NCBI RefSeq assembly: GCF_018977255.1
Contig: NW_024704743.1
Span: 78,122,001 to 78,186,000 of the forward strand
Direction: 5' to 3'
Length of the DNA stretch: 64,000 nt
DNA from: Callorhinchus milii
Taxonomy: Eukaryota
The notes under the pieces are model-generated. The model did no database searches. It was not told where the DNA came from and saw only the letters and a list, made by a program, of their open reading frames with translations. Shown here piece after piece: positions 10,205 through 23,184 of the stretch (positions are counted from its first letter, which is position 1; every line of letters begins with the position of its first letter). Position numbers and translations under genes: made by a program.

Positions 10205-12259
10205 CTGTTCTCTTTTATTGCCTTGGTTGAAAAATTTAATTTTAAAAGGTAAATTTCACAGACCTACTGTATAACTACTGTACTGTATAATCTATGCACT
10301 AGCACAGTATAGTGATATATTTCTCATTTACATTTCTTTTAATTTCCTCTGATTCATTTTACAGCCAAATATTTGGTAATATGATATTTTGGGAAGTCTG
10401 CTAACAAATCACAAGTGTGGGGATGCAACCGTGCTCTTGGCAGATGCAAACACGCACTACACTCTACTGTAGAAATAATAAATGCATTATATTGTACTGT
10501 AGTAAGTACTCTGAGGCCAGAAATTTCACCCAGTTTTAGCCTGTAGGTCAAGATGGTCTTGAAATGTAAGATTTGTTCACCTGCAAATACAGTCACTACA
10601 CTTCATAGAAACTGCATGAGCTATTCTGAAAGTGAGAATAATAATAATAATAATAATCCTTGCATTTGATATAGCGCTTTTCACGTTTAGGAGCTGTGGA
10701 AAAATAGCTTCCAAACTAATAATATGCAGTAAAAATAATCCTCTTATTTGATTTTGCACCTTATCACATTGTCCCTAAGTGCTTCACATGATCTACTGTG
10801 AAGTGTTGTGACTATGTGTATCTGTGGTTGAACGCAGCAGCCAATTTGTGCACAGCAGTGTCCTACCAACAGCCATAACCAATTTTATTTGGGAGATTGT
10901 TGGCCAAGATACCAGAAGAATCTCCCTTCTCTTTTTGAATAGTGCCATGGCATCTGTACCATCCACATAAACAGGCAGGGGAGATCTTGGTTTAACGTCT
11001 CATCCAAAGCATGGTACCTCCAACAGTGTAGCACAGCCTAAGCGCTGTATTTGGAGTCTTAAATAAGCAAAGAATTTATGACTCCACAACTAAAATCAAA
11101 GTTACCAACACGCAGTTAGCAATAGTGGCTTGTTTTAAAGACATTTTTTGAGTCAACTCCTTTCGAGTCCACCCAGGCTCTCTCTGTAAATTCCATACTG
11201 TCTATTTGCTGAATCTCTGTGACATGCAATTGATAGATATTTGCAATCAAAATGAGTTTGCACTGCAATGCCCATCCTCCCCATCCCATTAGGCCTCAAA
11301 GGACGCGTGATTCTAAATGACATTTTCTCTCAGGTCTTTCCTAGTGTGTCTAAAAAAATCTTTCCTATGGTTCGAGATTTTTTTAATTACTAAATTACTT
11401 CATTGGCTCACAGAAGGCGTGAGCGTGACTACCATAGATAATCTCACACGGGGCAGCAGAAACCTTCTTTGCAAGGTTGGGACTGCCTCAGAGCAGGTTC
11501 ACCACAGGTCACAGATATTGTTTGAATATTAAGAATATTTAATTTAAATTTTTTTTAAAGAAGGTATTCTAAATGACATTTTCTCTCAGGTCTTTCTTAG
11601 TGTGTCTTCCAGCAAGAGTCAATGTACACTATAGCAGTCAATGTACACTATAGCAGTCAGAGGAGTTGTTCCCCTAAGGTCAATTGTAATGCCTCAAATG
11701 CTGTCGATCAACTAATTGGGTGAGAAATTGGAGCGTTGTAAAAACACCCTCTTCCTTTCAGTTTCTCTCCTGGTCAAAAGAATTGTGTTATCCTGAATGC
11801 TTGTGAAAAAAAACTTGCCAATCCCACGGAGGGCTGAATCAAAGGTATTGTGTTCACTGTAACAATGCCTCTGTGTCCCATTTTGGCCAACTTGAACCAA
11901 TTAATCAGCATTGATGCCTAGGGAGTAATTTCTATGGGTTCTCCCTTATCACTGTGGAATGCTGCACATTTGGAGGCTGCAGTTTAAATTCCTAGGGTGT
12001 TACAGTTTAATTTTGCATCTTTTGGCCCCCAAAAGCGGTAACTAAGATTATTTTTGTTAAGTCTCAACTTGTAACCCTGGAGTCTTCCTTGCAGCAATTT
12101 CTGGGTGGAGAAATCCCCATCGAATTACTTATGGTAACCAAAAGTACACCTTGCACATCACATCAACTCTCAGGATCTCCGCTCCCAAACCAGACTGAGT
12201 CAAATTAGAATTCCCACCAGTCAGAAGTACGTGCTTCCTTAATGGACAATTTGGAGCTT

Positions 12260-13100
12260 TTCTCTCTGGCGATGAGATGATTGAAGGAGAACCTAATAGA
12301 GGTGTTTACCATTATGAAAAGGATTTATTAAGTGGATGTTGATAGTAATAACAATAATAATCCATATAGCACCTTATCACGTCTTTCTCAAAGCATCTTC
12401 ACAGAATATATTGTAAAGGGAATTGACTGTATATTTTGTGGGTGAAATGTGGCAGCCAATTGCACACAGCAGTGTCCTTGGCAAACTGTTTCCACATATT
12501 GATAACTAAATTGAAGGGGCATAAATATGATAACCAGTGGCAGATTTAAAAGAGATTTTACGACGAACCTCTTTACACAGAGAGGAATGAAAATGTGGAA
12601 ATCACTGATGGATGCTGTGATTCAAGCAAAAAGTATCAATGTATTTAAGAGGAATCTTGATGCGTAAGTGAGGGAAATATGTAATACTTTGTACTCTCTA
12701 CAGTTGATTTTTTTTGTTAATCAAAGTTGAATTTGGTCTCTATTCCATTAGTTGGCAGTAATTTACAGATTATAGCAGGGATAATCTTCTAGGAAGGTGA
12801 AGTGCTGTTGGAGTAATTTCAGGCCATAGTTACAGTGTGTATCTGGGGAGAATGTACTAGGGTAAGAGGCGGAGGTAGCTTTCTCACTGAATGTGAGAGG
12901 ACCACATTACATGCTAACGTTCAGGTGACCTTCAGTTGTGTCCATCCTCTCACTGCAGTAAGGAATAACATTCGTTTTTACCTTAAAAGGAGCCAGTTAC
13001 AGAGGTATGGGGAAAGGGCAACTAAATGGGACTGAACCGATTGAGGGACTCCTGAGGGAGTCAGAGCAGACATGGTCTGAATGGCCATAGATTTCTATGG
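12260..13100 (+). mobile_element. Fragmented CR1 3' ends with an intervening SINE tail
   Basis: tttctctctgg...ggagaacctaatagaggtgttt and CR1 3' UTR-like sequence. Confidence 0.6.
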
Positions 13101-13399
13101 TTCTACTGCAGTGTTACGTAGAGCAACTCTGATGCTTTGTGTTAAATGAGCTGATTTGAGCGGGGCAGTAGTTGCGGCGCTACAATTGGTCTTGTATATC
13201 AAATCACTGTGAGTGATCATAATCATATTGAAGGGGATATCAAAATTTGCTAATTTTATCTCTTTGTCTGTATATTTTATCTTCTGATTATTCTTTATAA
13301 GTTTCAACTATTTGTCTGCAAATAATAATTAATAGTCCTTGCATTGTGCATTGTGCTTTATCACATCATCAAGATGTTTCAAAGCACTTCATAGGAAGC

Positions 13400-13700
13400 A
13401 GACAAGCTGACAGAATATCAGAGAAACTGGAGTTACAGCTGATTGAGGAGAAATAGTTTTGTGTGTCATCCACATACATGTGGAAGTTTACTCCATTCTG
13501 CGGATGACATTGCTGATAGAGAGGATAAGGAAAAGAAGGGAATGCCAAGGATGGAGCCTTTGGGTACGCTGCAAGTGACTCTGTGGGGATGGGAGGAGTA
13601 ACCCTTTGTGGAGACAAAATGATGGTGGTTGGGTAAGCAAGACTCGAACTAGGTGAGTGCAGTCCCATGAGATGGATGAGGGAGGAGAGGATGTGGACGA
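13400..13700 (-). mobile_element. L2 reverse-transcriptase fragment
   Basis: FHMYVDDTQ motif and a degenerate PQGSILG-type block on the - strand. Confidence 0.75.
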
Positions 13701-13892
13701 GGATAGTTTTTCTTTTTTACAGAGACTGCCTTTTCGTTTCAATTAGTGTCATTGGATCTTTAACATCCACCTGAACAGGCAGTCAGGACCTTTAAAGTCT
13801 CTTTCAAACGACAGCATCTATGATAATGAAACACACCTCCAGCACCACACTGCAGTGTCAGCCTAGAACATGACTATGAAGTCCCAGTGTAT

Positions 13893-14055
13893 GTCAGTCT
13901 GGCTCGATTGGTAGCACTCTCACCTCTGAGTCAGAAGGTTGTGGGTGCAAGGTCCATGTCAGGACCTGGAACCCACATAGAATAAGACGACACTCCAATG
14001 TGGTTCTGGGGGAGTGCTGCATTGTCGAAGTTGCTGTCCTTCGGATGAGATGATG

Positions 14056-14144
<89 letters not shown>

Positions 14145-14720
14145 CCTTGCATTTGATATAGCGCTTTTCATGTCGGGAGGACGTCCCAAAGCGCTTCACA
14201 GAACACACTGTAAAGTGAATTGACTGTATATTTGTGGGCGAACGCGGCAGCCAATTGCGCACAGCAATGTCCCACAAACAGTCGTAGATTGAAAATGCCA
14301 ATTTTATTATTGTTTTTGGTTTTGGAGGGATTATTATTAGGCTCTGTGTGGAGTGGGGAAACTTGCCCAAGGTTTCGCTCTGCCGGGAATTGAACTCAGG
14401 TCTCTCGCTTGCAAAGCGAGTGCTCTAACCACTGAGCTACAGGACTGAGATATTAAAACAAGGTCCCTCCTGCTTGTCCAGGTGGAAATTAAAGATCCCT
14501 ATGGCACTATTCAAAAAGAGAAGAGAGTTTCTGGCCAACAATCCTCAAATTAAACTGGTCACCCACTCCATGGCCATTTGTGGGACATTGCTGGATTCAA
14601 ATCAGCTGCCGTGTTCACCCACACGATATATACAATATAACAGTATATCATGTGAAGCACCTTGAGATGTCTTGACAATGTGATAAAGTGCTTTATCGAA
14701 TGCAAGGATTATATTATTGT
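13893..14720 (+). mobile_element. Full-length Deu-domain SINE interrupted by a younger SINE
   Basis: Head ctctcacctctgagtcagaaggttgtggg. The Deu core resumes at 14447 after the insertion. Confidence 0.85.
14052..14446 (-). mobile_element. Young tRNA(Ala)-headed SINE with long (ATT)n tail, nested in an older SINE
   Basis: Near-identical to the copies at 22851, 49124 and 52467. TGAGAT at 14046-14051 and 14446-14451. Confidence 0.95.
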
Positions 14721-15059
14721 TCTAACGTGGGACTTTGAACCCACAAGCGTGGTGAGATTAGCACCCAGTGAGCCAGCCTGACACACAGGGGGTAATTATA
14801 ACATGATAATAATCCTTGCATTTGATAAAGCCTCATCACGTGGTTGAGACGTCCCAAAACGCCTCACAAGATATGCTGTTAAGTGGTGTGATTGCTGTGG
14901 TCTGTGGACGCAGCGCGGCAGCCAGTTGTGCGCAGCAGTGTAGCAGTGAGACGCAAACAGCCGTGGACTTATTAAAAAAAAATTTTTAAATTTAGATGAC
15001 TGGCGTAATAACTCCTGCGGGTGGTTTATGAGGTCTCACTCCTGGCATCACTCCTCTTT

Positions 15060-15404
15060 CACTCCCATTGCATGACGTAAACCACAGATGCACAGGAGCT
15101 TCTGTGAAGCAGCTGAGAGCTGCAGAGGTTGACTGAGTGACAGACAGACAGACAGAGGGGGTGAGTCAGTGCCACGCCCCCTGGTGGCCAGCCCTTGTCT
15201 TGCCTGCTGCGCTCTAGCCAATCATAGGCCTTCTTCTGGGCGCAGATCACATAATCAGATAGCCAATCCGGGAGCGTCTTACAAATAGACTCCGCCCCTC
15301 CCTTCCTTGTTTTTGCCCAATCAGACGGTGGGACAGTCCATTACAGCTCCGGCGGGCGGGGGGGGGGGCACGTGTCTGATCAGCTGACAGAGCGCAGACT
15401 GAGG
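15060..15404. promoter_or_regulatory. BLOC1S5 promoter, possibly bidirectional
   Basis: GC/CpG-enriched, with three CCAAT boxes (15218, 15263, 15317), GC boxes (15171-15180, 15290-15299), AP-1 TGAGTCA (15162-15168), E-box CACGTG (15369-15374) and CRE-like TGACGTAA (~15073). Confidence 0.85.
15175..15190 (-). promoter_or_regulatory. CTCF binding motif
   Basis: Reverse complement reads TGGCCACCAGGGGGCG, the canonical CTCF core consensus. Confidence 0.7.
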
Positions 15405-15423
15405 ATGGAGAAGACCAGAAGAG
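15405..15423 (+). CDS. BLOC1S5: BLOC-1 subunit 5 (MUTED), coding exon 1 (MEKTRR + 1 nt)
   Basis: ATG in AGGATGG context just downstream of a CCAAT/GC-box promoter. The donor G|GTCAGT leaves phase 1, which joins exon 2 (G+AT = Asp) to give MEKTRRDLSEIHSRL. The exon is too short for homology on its own. Confidence 0.75.
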
Positions 15424-15432
15424 GTCAGTTAT

Positions 15433-18270
15433 ACACCACCACTCACCCCCACACACTCCCCTCCACTCACTCACCCACTCACCCCCACACACTCCCCTCC
15501 ACCCACTCACCCACTCACACACACTCACCTCCACTCACACACACTCACCTCCACACACACACACACTCACCTCCACTCACACACACTCCCCTCCACCCAC
15601 TCACCCCCACACACTCCCCTCCACCCACTCACCCCCACACACTCCCCTCCTCTCTCTGTCACCCCCACACACTCCCCTCCTCTCTCTGTCACCCCCACAC
15701 ACTCCCCTCCTCTCTCTGTCACCCCCACACACTCCCCTCCACCCACTCACCCCCACACACTCCCCTCCACCCACTCACCCCCACACACTCCCCTCCACTC
15801 ACTCACCCACTCACACACACTCACACACACACACACCCACTCTCACACACTCACCCACTCACACACACACACTCCCACTCACACACACACTCCCCTCCAC
15901 CCACTCACACTCACCCACACACACACTCACACACACTCCCCTCCACCCACTCACCCACTCACCCACACACCCCTCCACTCACACTCCCCTCCACCCACAC
16001 ACACACACACCCTCCACACACTCCCACTCACACACACACACTCCCCTCCACACACTCCCACACACACACACTCCCACACCCCCACACACTCCCACTCACA
16101 CACACACACTCCCCTCCACACACTCACACACACACACACCCCCACACACTCCCACTCACACACACACACTCCCCTCCACACACTCACCCACACACACACA
16201 CCCCCACACACTCACACACACACACACACACTCCCCTCCACACACTCCCACACACACTCCCCTCCACACACTCCCACACACACACACTCCCACACACACA
16301 CACACACTCCCTCCACACACTCCCACACACACTCCCTCTCTCCCCCACACACTCACACACACACACACCCCCACACACTCCCACACACACACACACACTC
16401 CCCTCCACACACTCCACACACACTCCCCTCCACACACTCACCCACACACACACCCCCCACACACTCACACCACACACACACACTCCCCTCCACACACTCC
16501 CACACACACTCCCCTCCACACACTCCCACACACACACACTCACACCCACACACACACACTCCCCTCCACACACTCCCACACACACTCCCCTCCACACACT
16601 CACACACACACACACCCCCACACACTCCCACTCACACACACACACTCCCCTCCACACACTCCCACACACACTCCCCTCCACACACTCACCCACACACACA
16701 CACCCCCACACACTCACACCCACACACACACACTCCCCTCCACACACTCCCACACACACTCCCCTCCACACACTCACACACACACACACCCCCACACACT
16801 CCCACTCACACACACACACTCCCCTCCACACACTCACACACACACACACACACACCCCCACACACTCACACACACACACACCCCCACACACTCACACACA
16901 CACACACACACACTCCCCTCCACACACTCACACACACACACACCCCCACACACTCACACACACCCCCACACACACACTCCCCTCCACACACTCACACACA
17001 CACACACCCCCACACACTCCCACTCACACACACACACTCCCCTCCACACACTCACCCACACACACACACCCCCACACACTCACACACACACACACACACT
17101 CCCCTCCACACACTCCCACACACACTCCCCTCCACACACTCCCACACACACTCCCCTCCACACACTCACACACACACTCCCCTCCACACACTCACCCACA
17201 CACACACACCCCCACACACTCCCACTCACACACACACACTCCCCTCCACACACTCACCCACACACACACACACCCACACACTCACACACACACACACTCC
17301 CCTCCACACACTCACCCACACACACACACCCCCACACACTCCCCTCCACACACTCCCACACACACACACCCCCACACACACACACACACACTCACACACA
17401 CACCCACTCACACACACACACTCCCCTCCACACACTCACCCACACACACACCCCCCCACACACTCACACACACACACACACACTCCCCTCCACACAATCA
17501 CCCACACACACACACCCCCACACACTCACACACACACACACACACTCCCCTCCACACACTCACCCACACACACACACCCCCACACACTCACACACACACA
17601 CACCCACTCACACACACACACTCCCCTCCACACACTCACCCACACACCCCCCACACACTCCCACTCACACACACCCACACCCACACCCACTCACACACAC
17701 ACACTCCCCTCCACACACTCACCCCCACACTCTCCCCTCCACACACTCACACACACACCCCCACACACTCACCCACACACCCCCCACACACTCCCACTCA
17801 CACACACCCACACCCACTCACACACACACACTCCCCTCCACACACTCACCCCCACACTCTCCCCTCCACACACTCACACACACACCCCACACACTCACCC
17901 ACACACCCCCACACACTCCCACTCACACACACACCCACACCCACTCACACACACACTCTCCCCTCCACCCACTCACCCACTCACCCCCACACACTCCCCT
18001 CCACCCACTCACCCACTCACACACACACACTCCCCTCCACACACACTCCCCTCCACCCACACACACACACACACTCCCCTCCACACACTCACCCACTCAC
18101 ACACACACACACTCCCCTCCACTCACACACACACACACACTCCCCTCCACACACTCACCCACTCACACACACACACACACACTCCCCTCCACCCACTCAC
18201 CCACACACACACACTCCCACTCACACACACACTCCCCTCCACACACTCACCCACTCACCCACTCACACAC
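15433..18270. repeat. CA-rich degenerate minisatellite (CACACACTCCCCTCCA-type units) at the start of BLOC1S5 intron 1
   Basis: Directly visible; the + strand is almost devoid of G. Confidence 0.97.
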
Positions 18271-21200
18271 ACACTGACACACACACACACTGACACACAC
18301 ACAGACACACACACACTAACACACACACTGACATAGACACACTGACACACACACACTGACACACACGCACTGACACACACGCACTGACACACACACTGAA
18401 ACACACACTGACACACACACACTGACACACACACACACTGACACACACACAGACACACACACACTAACACACACACTGACATAGACACACTGACACACAC
18501 ACACTGACACACACGCACTGACACACACGCACTGACACACACACTGACACACACACTGACACACACACACTGACACACACACACAGACACACACACACAG
18601 ACACACACACACTGACACACACACACTGACACACACACAGACACACACACACAGACACACACACACTGACACACACACTGACACACACACAGACACACAC
18701 ACACAGACACACACACACTGACACACACGCACTGACACACACACACTGACACACACACAGACACACACACACAGACACACACACACTGACACACACACTG
18801 ACATAGACGCACTGACACACACACACTGACACACACACACTGACACACACACACTGACACACACACTGACACACACACACTGACACACACACACTGACAC
18901 ACACACACTGACACACACACTGACACACACACTGACACACACACACTGACACACACACACTGACACACACACACTGACACACACACACTGACACACACTG
19001 ACACACACACACTGACACACACACACTGACACACACACACTGACACACACACAGACACACACACACTGACACACACACACTGACATACACACACTGACAC
19101 ACACACTGACACACACACACTGACACACACACACACTGACACACACTCCCCTCCACCCACTCACACACACACACTCCCACATACACTCACACACACACAC
19201 TGACACACACACACACTGACACTGACACACACTGACACACACACACTGACACACACACACTGACATAGACGCACTGACACACACACTGACATAGACGCAC
19301 TGACACACACACACACTGACACACATACACACTGACACACACACACACTGACACACACACACTGACACACACACACTGACACACACATACTGACACACTG
19401 ACACTGACACACACACACTGACATAGACACACTGACACACACACACACTGACACACACACACTGACACTGACATAGACACACTGACACACACACACACTG
19501 ACACACATACACACTGACACACACACACACTGACACACACACACACTGACACACACACACTGACATAGACACACTGACACACACACACTGACACACATAC
19601 ACACTGACACACACACACACTGACACACACACACTGACACACACCCACTGACATAGACACACTGACACACACTGACACAAACACTGACACACACACTGAC
19701 ACACACACACACTGACACACACACACTGACACACACACACTGACACAGACACACTGACACACACACACTGACACACACACACTGACACACACACACTGAC
19801 ACACACACACACTGACACACACACACACTGACACACACACACACTGACACACACACCCACTGACACACACCCACTGACACACACCCACTGACATAGACAC
19901 ACTGACACACACACACTGACACACACACTGACACACACACACTGACACAGACACACTGACACACACACACTGACACAGACACACTGACACACACACACTG
20001 ACACACACACACTGACACACTGACACACACACACTGACACAGACACACTGACACACACACTGACATAGACACACTGACACACACACTGACACACACACAC
20101 TGACACAGACACACTGACACACACACACTGACACAGACACACTGACACACACACACTGACACACACACACACACACTGACACACTGACACACACACACAC
20201 TGACACACACACTGACACACACACACTGACACACACACACTGACACACACACACTGACACACACACACTGACACAGACACACACACACTGACACACACAC
20301 ACTGACACACACACTGACACACACACACTGACACACACACACTGACACACACACACTGACACAGACACACTGACACTGACATAGACACACTGACACACAC
20401 ACACTGACACACACACACTGACACACACACACTGACACACACACACACACTGACACACTGACACACACACACTGACACACACACACTGACATAGACACAC
20501 TGACACACACACACTGACACACACACACTGACACACACACACTGACACACACACACACTGACACACACACTGACATAGACACACTGACACACACACACTG
20601 ACACACACACACTGACATAGACACAATGACACACACCCACTGACACACACCCACTGACATAGACACACTGACACACACACACTGACACACACACTGACAC
20701 ACACACACTGACACAGACACACTGACACACACACACTGACACAGACACACTGACACACACACACTGACACACACACACACACTGACACACTGACACACAC
20801 ACACTGACACACACACACTGACATAGACACACTGACACACACACACTGACACACACACACTGACACAGACACACTGACACACACACTGACATAGACACAC
20901 TGACACACACACACTGACACACACACTGACACACACACTGACACAGACACACTGACACAGACACACTGACACACACACACTGTCACACACACACACTGAC
21001 ACACTGACACACACACACTGACACACACACACACTGACACACACACTGAGACACACTGACACACACTGACACACACACACTGACACACACACACTGACAC
21101 ACACACACTGACACACACGCACTGACACACACACACTGACACACACACACTGACACACACACACTGACACACACACACACTGACACACACACATAGACAC

Positions 21201-22842
21201 ACTGACACACACACACACTGACAAGACACACTACACACACACACTACCACACACTGACATAGACACACTGACACACACACACTGACACACACACTGACAT
21301 AGACACACTGACACACACACACTGACACACACACACTGACACAGACACACTGACACACACACACTGACACACACACACTGACACAGACACACTGACACAC
21401 ACACTGACATAGACACACTGACACACACACTGACACACACACACTGACACAGACACACTGACACACACACACTGACACAGACACACTGACACACACACAC
21501 TGACACACACACACTGACACACACACACACACACACTGACACACTGACACACACACACACTGACATAGACACACTGACACACACACACTGACACACACAC
21601 ACTGACACACACACACTGACACACACACACTGACACAGACACACACACACTGACACACACACACTGACATAGACACACTGACACACACTGACACACACAC
21701 ACTGACACACACACACTGACACAGACACACTGACACAGACACTGACATAGACACACTGACACACACACACTGACACACACACACTGACACACACACACTG
21801 ACACACACACACACACTGACACACTGACACACACACACTGACACACACACACTGACATAGACACACTGACACACACACTGACATAGACACACTGACACAC
21901 ACCCACTGACATAGACACACTGACACACACACACTGACACACACACACTGACACACACACTGACACACACACTGACACAGACACACTGACACACACACAC
22001 TGACACAGACACACTGACACACACACACACAGACACACTGACACACACACACTGACACACACACACTGACACACACACACTGACATAGACACACTGACAC
22101 ACACACACTGACACACACACACTGACACAGACACACTGACATAGACACACTGACACACACACACTGACACACACACTGACACACACACTGACACAGACAC
22201 ACTGACACAGACACACTGACACACACACTGTCACACACACACACTGACACACTGACACACACACACTGACACACACACACACTGACACACACACACACTG
22301 ACACACACACACTGACATAGACACACTGACACACACTGACACACACACACTGACACACACACACTGACACACACACACACTGACACACACACACTGACAC
22401 ACACGCACTGACACACACACTGACATAGACACACTGACACACACACACTGACACACACACACACTGACACACACACACACTGACACACACACACTGACAT
22501 AGACACACTGACACACACTGACACACACACACTGACACACACACACTGACACACACACACACTGACACACACACACTGACACACACACACACTGACACAC
22601 ACACACTGACACACACGCACTGACACAGACACACTGACACACACACACTGACACACACACACTGACACACACACACACTGACACACACACTGACATAGAC
22701 ACACTGACACACACACACTGACACACACACTGACATAGACACACTGACACACACACACTGACACACACACTGACATAGACACACTGACACACACACACTG
22801 ACACAGACACACTGACACAGACACACTGACACACTGACACAC
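18271..22842. repeat. CTGA(CA)n satellite with CTGACATAGACACA and CTGACACAGACACA variants
   Basis: Directly visible. It is the source of the long Val/Cys/Ser ORFs on the - strand. Confidence 0.97.
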
Positions 22843-22850
22843 TCCAGTGT

Positions 22851-23184
22851 GTGGAGTCCTGTAGCTCAGTGGTTAGAGCACTCGCTTTGCAAGTGAGAGA
22901 CCTGAGTTCAATTCCAGGCAGAGGGCGAAACCTTGGGCAAGTTTCCTTACTCCACACAGAGCCTAATAATAATCCCTCCAAAACAAAACAATAATAAATT
23001 GGTCATTTTCAATCTACGACTGTTTGTGGGACATTGCTGTGCGCAATTGGCTGCCGCGTTCGCCCACAAATATACAGTCAATTCACTTTACAGTGTGTTC
23101 TGTGAAGCGCTTTGGGACGTCCTCCCGACGTGAAAAACGCTATATCAAATGCAAGGATTATTATTATTATTATTATTATTATTA
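22851..23184 (+). mobile_element. Young tRNA(Ala)-headed SINE inserted in the intron 1 satellite
   Basis: GTAGCTCAGTGGTTAGAGC A box, GTTCAATTCC B box, TGC anticodon loop, (ATT)n tail. Confidence 0.95.

Noticed and set aside
10577..10625. Small - strand exon-like segment with AG/GT boundaries
   Set aside because: Looks SINE-derived, and the ATG frame I tested hits a stop right after splicing to the 10221 exon. At most a UTR exon, with no support.
11310..11660. Direct repeats with a spacer as a CRISPR-like array
   Set aside because: Only two copies, a 214-bp spacer, a vertebrate context and no cas genes.
13894..14370. ORFs with poly-Tyr, poly-Ile or poly-Leu tracts
   Set aside because: They come from the (ATT)n tail of a SINE.
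22853..22925. tRNA-Ala(TGC)-like sequence (also at 14.4, 28.4, 49.1 and 52.5 kb)
   Set aside because: SINE head: no proper acceptor stem, and always followed by the SINE body and tail.
18255..22981. Very long - strand ORFs (up to 1264 aa) rich in Val/Cys/Ser
   Set aside because: They are translations of the CTGA(CA)n satellite and are open in several frames purely because of composition.
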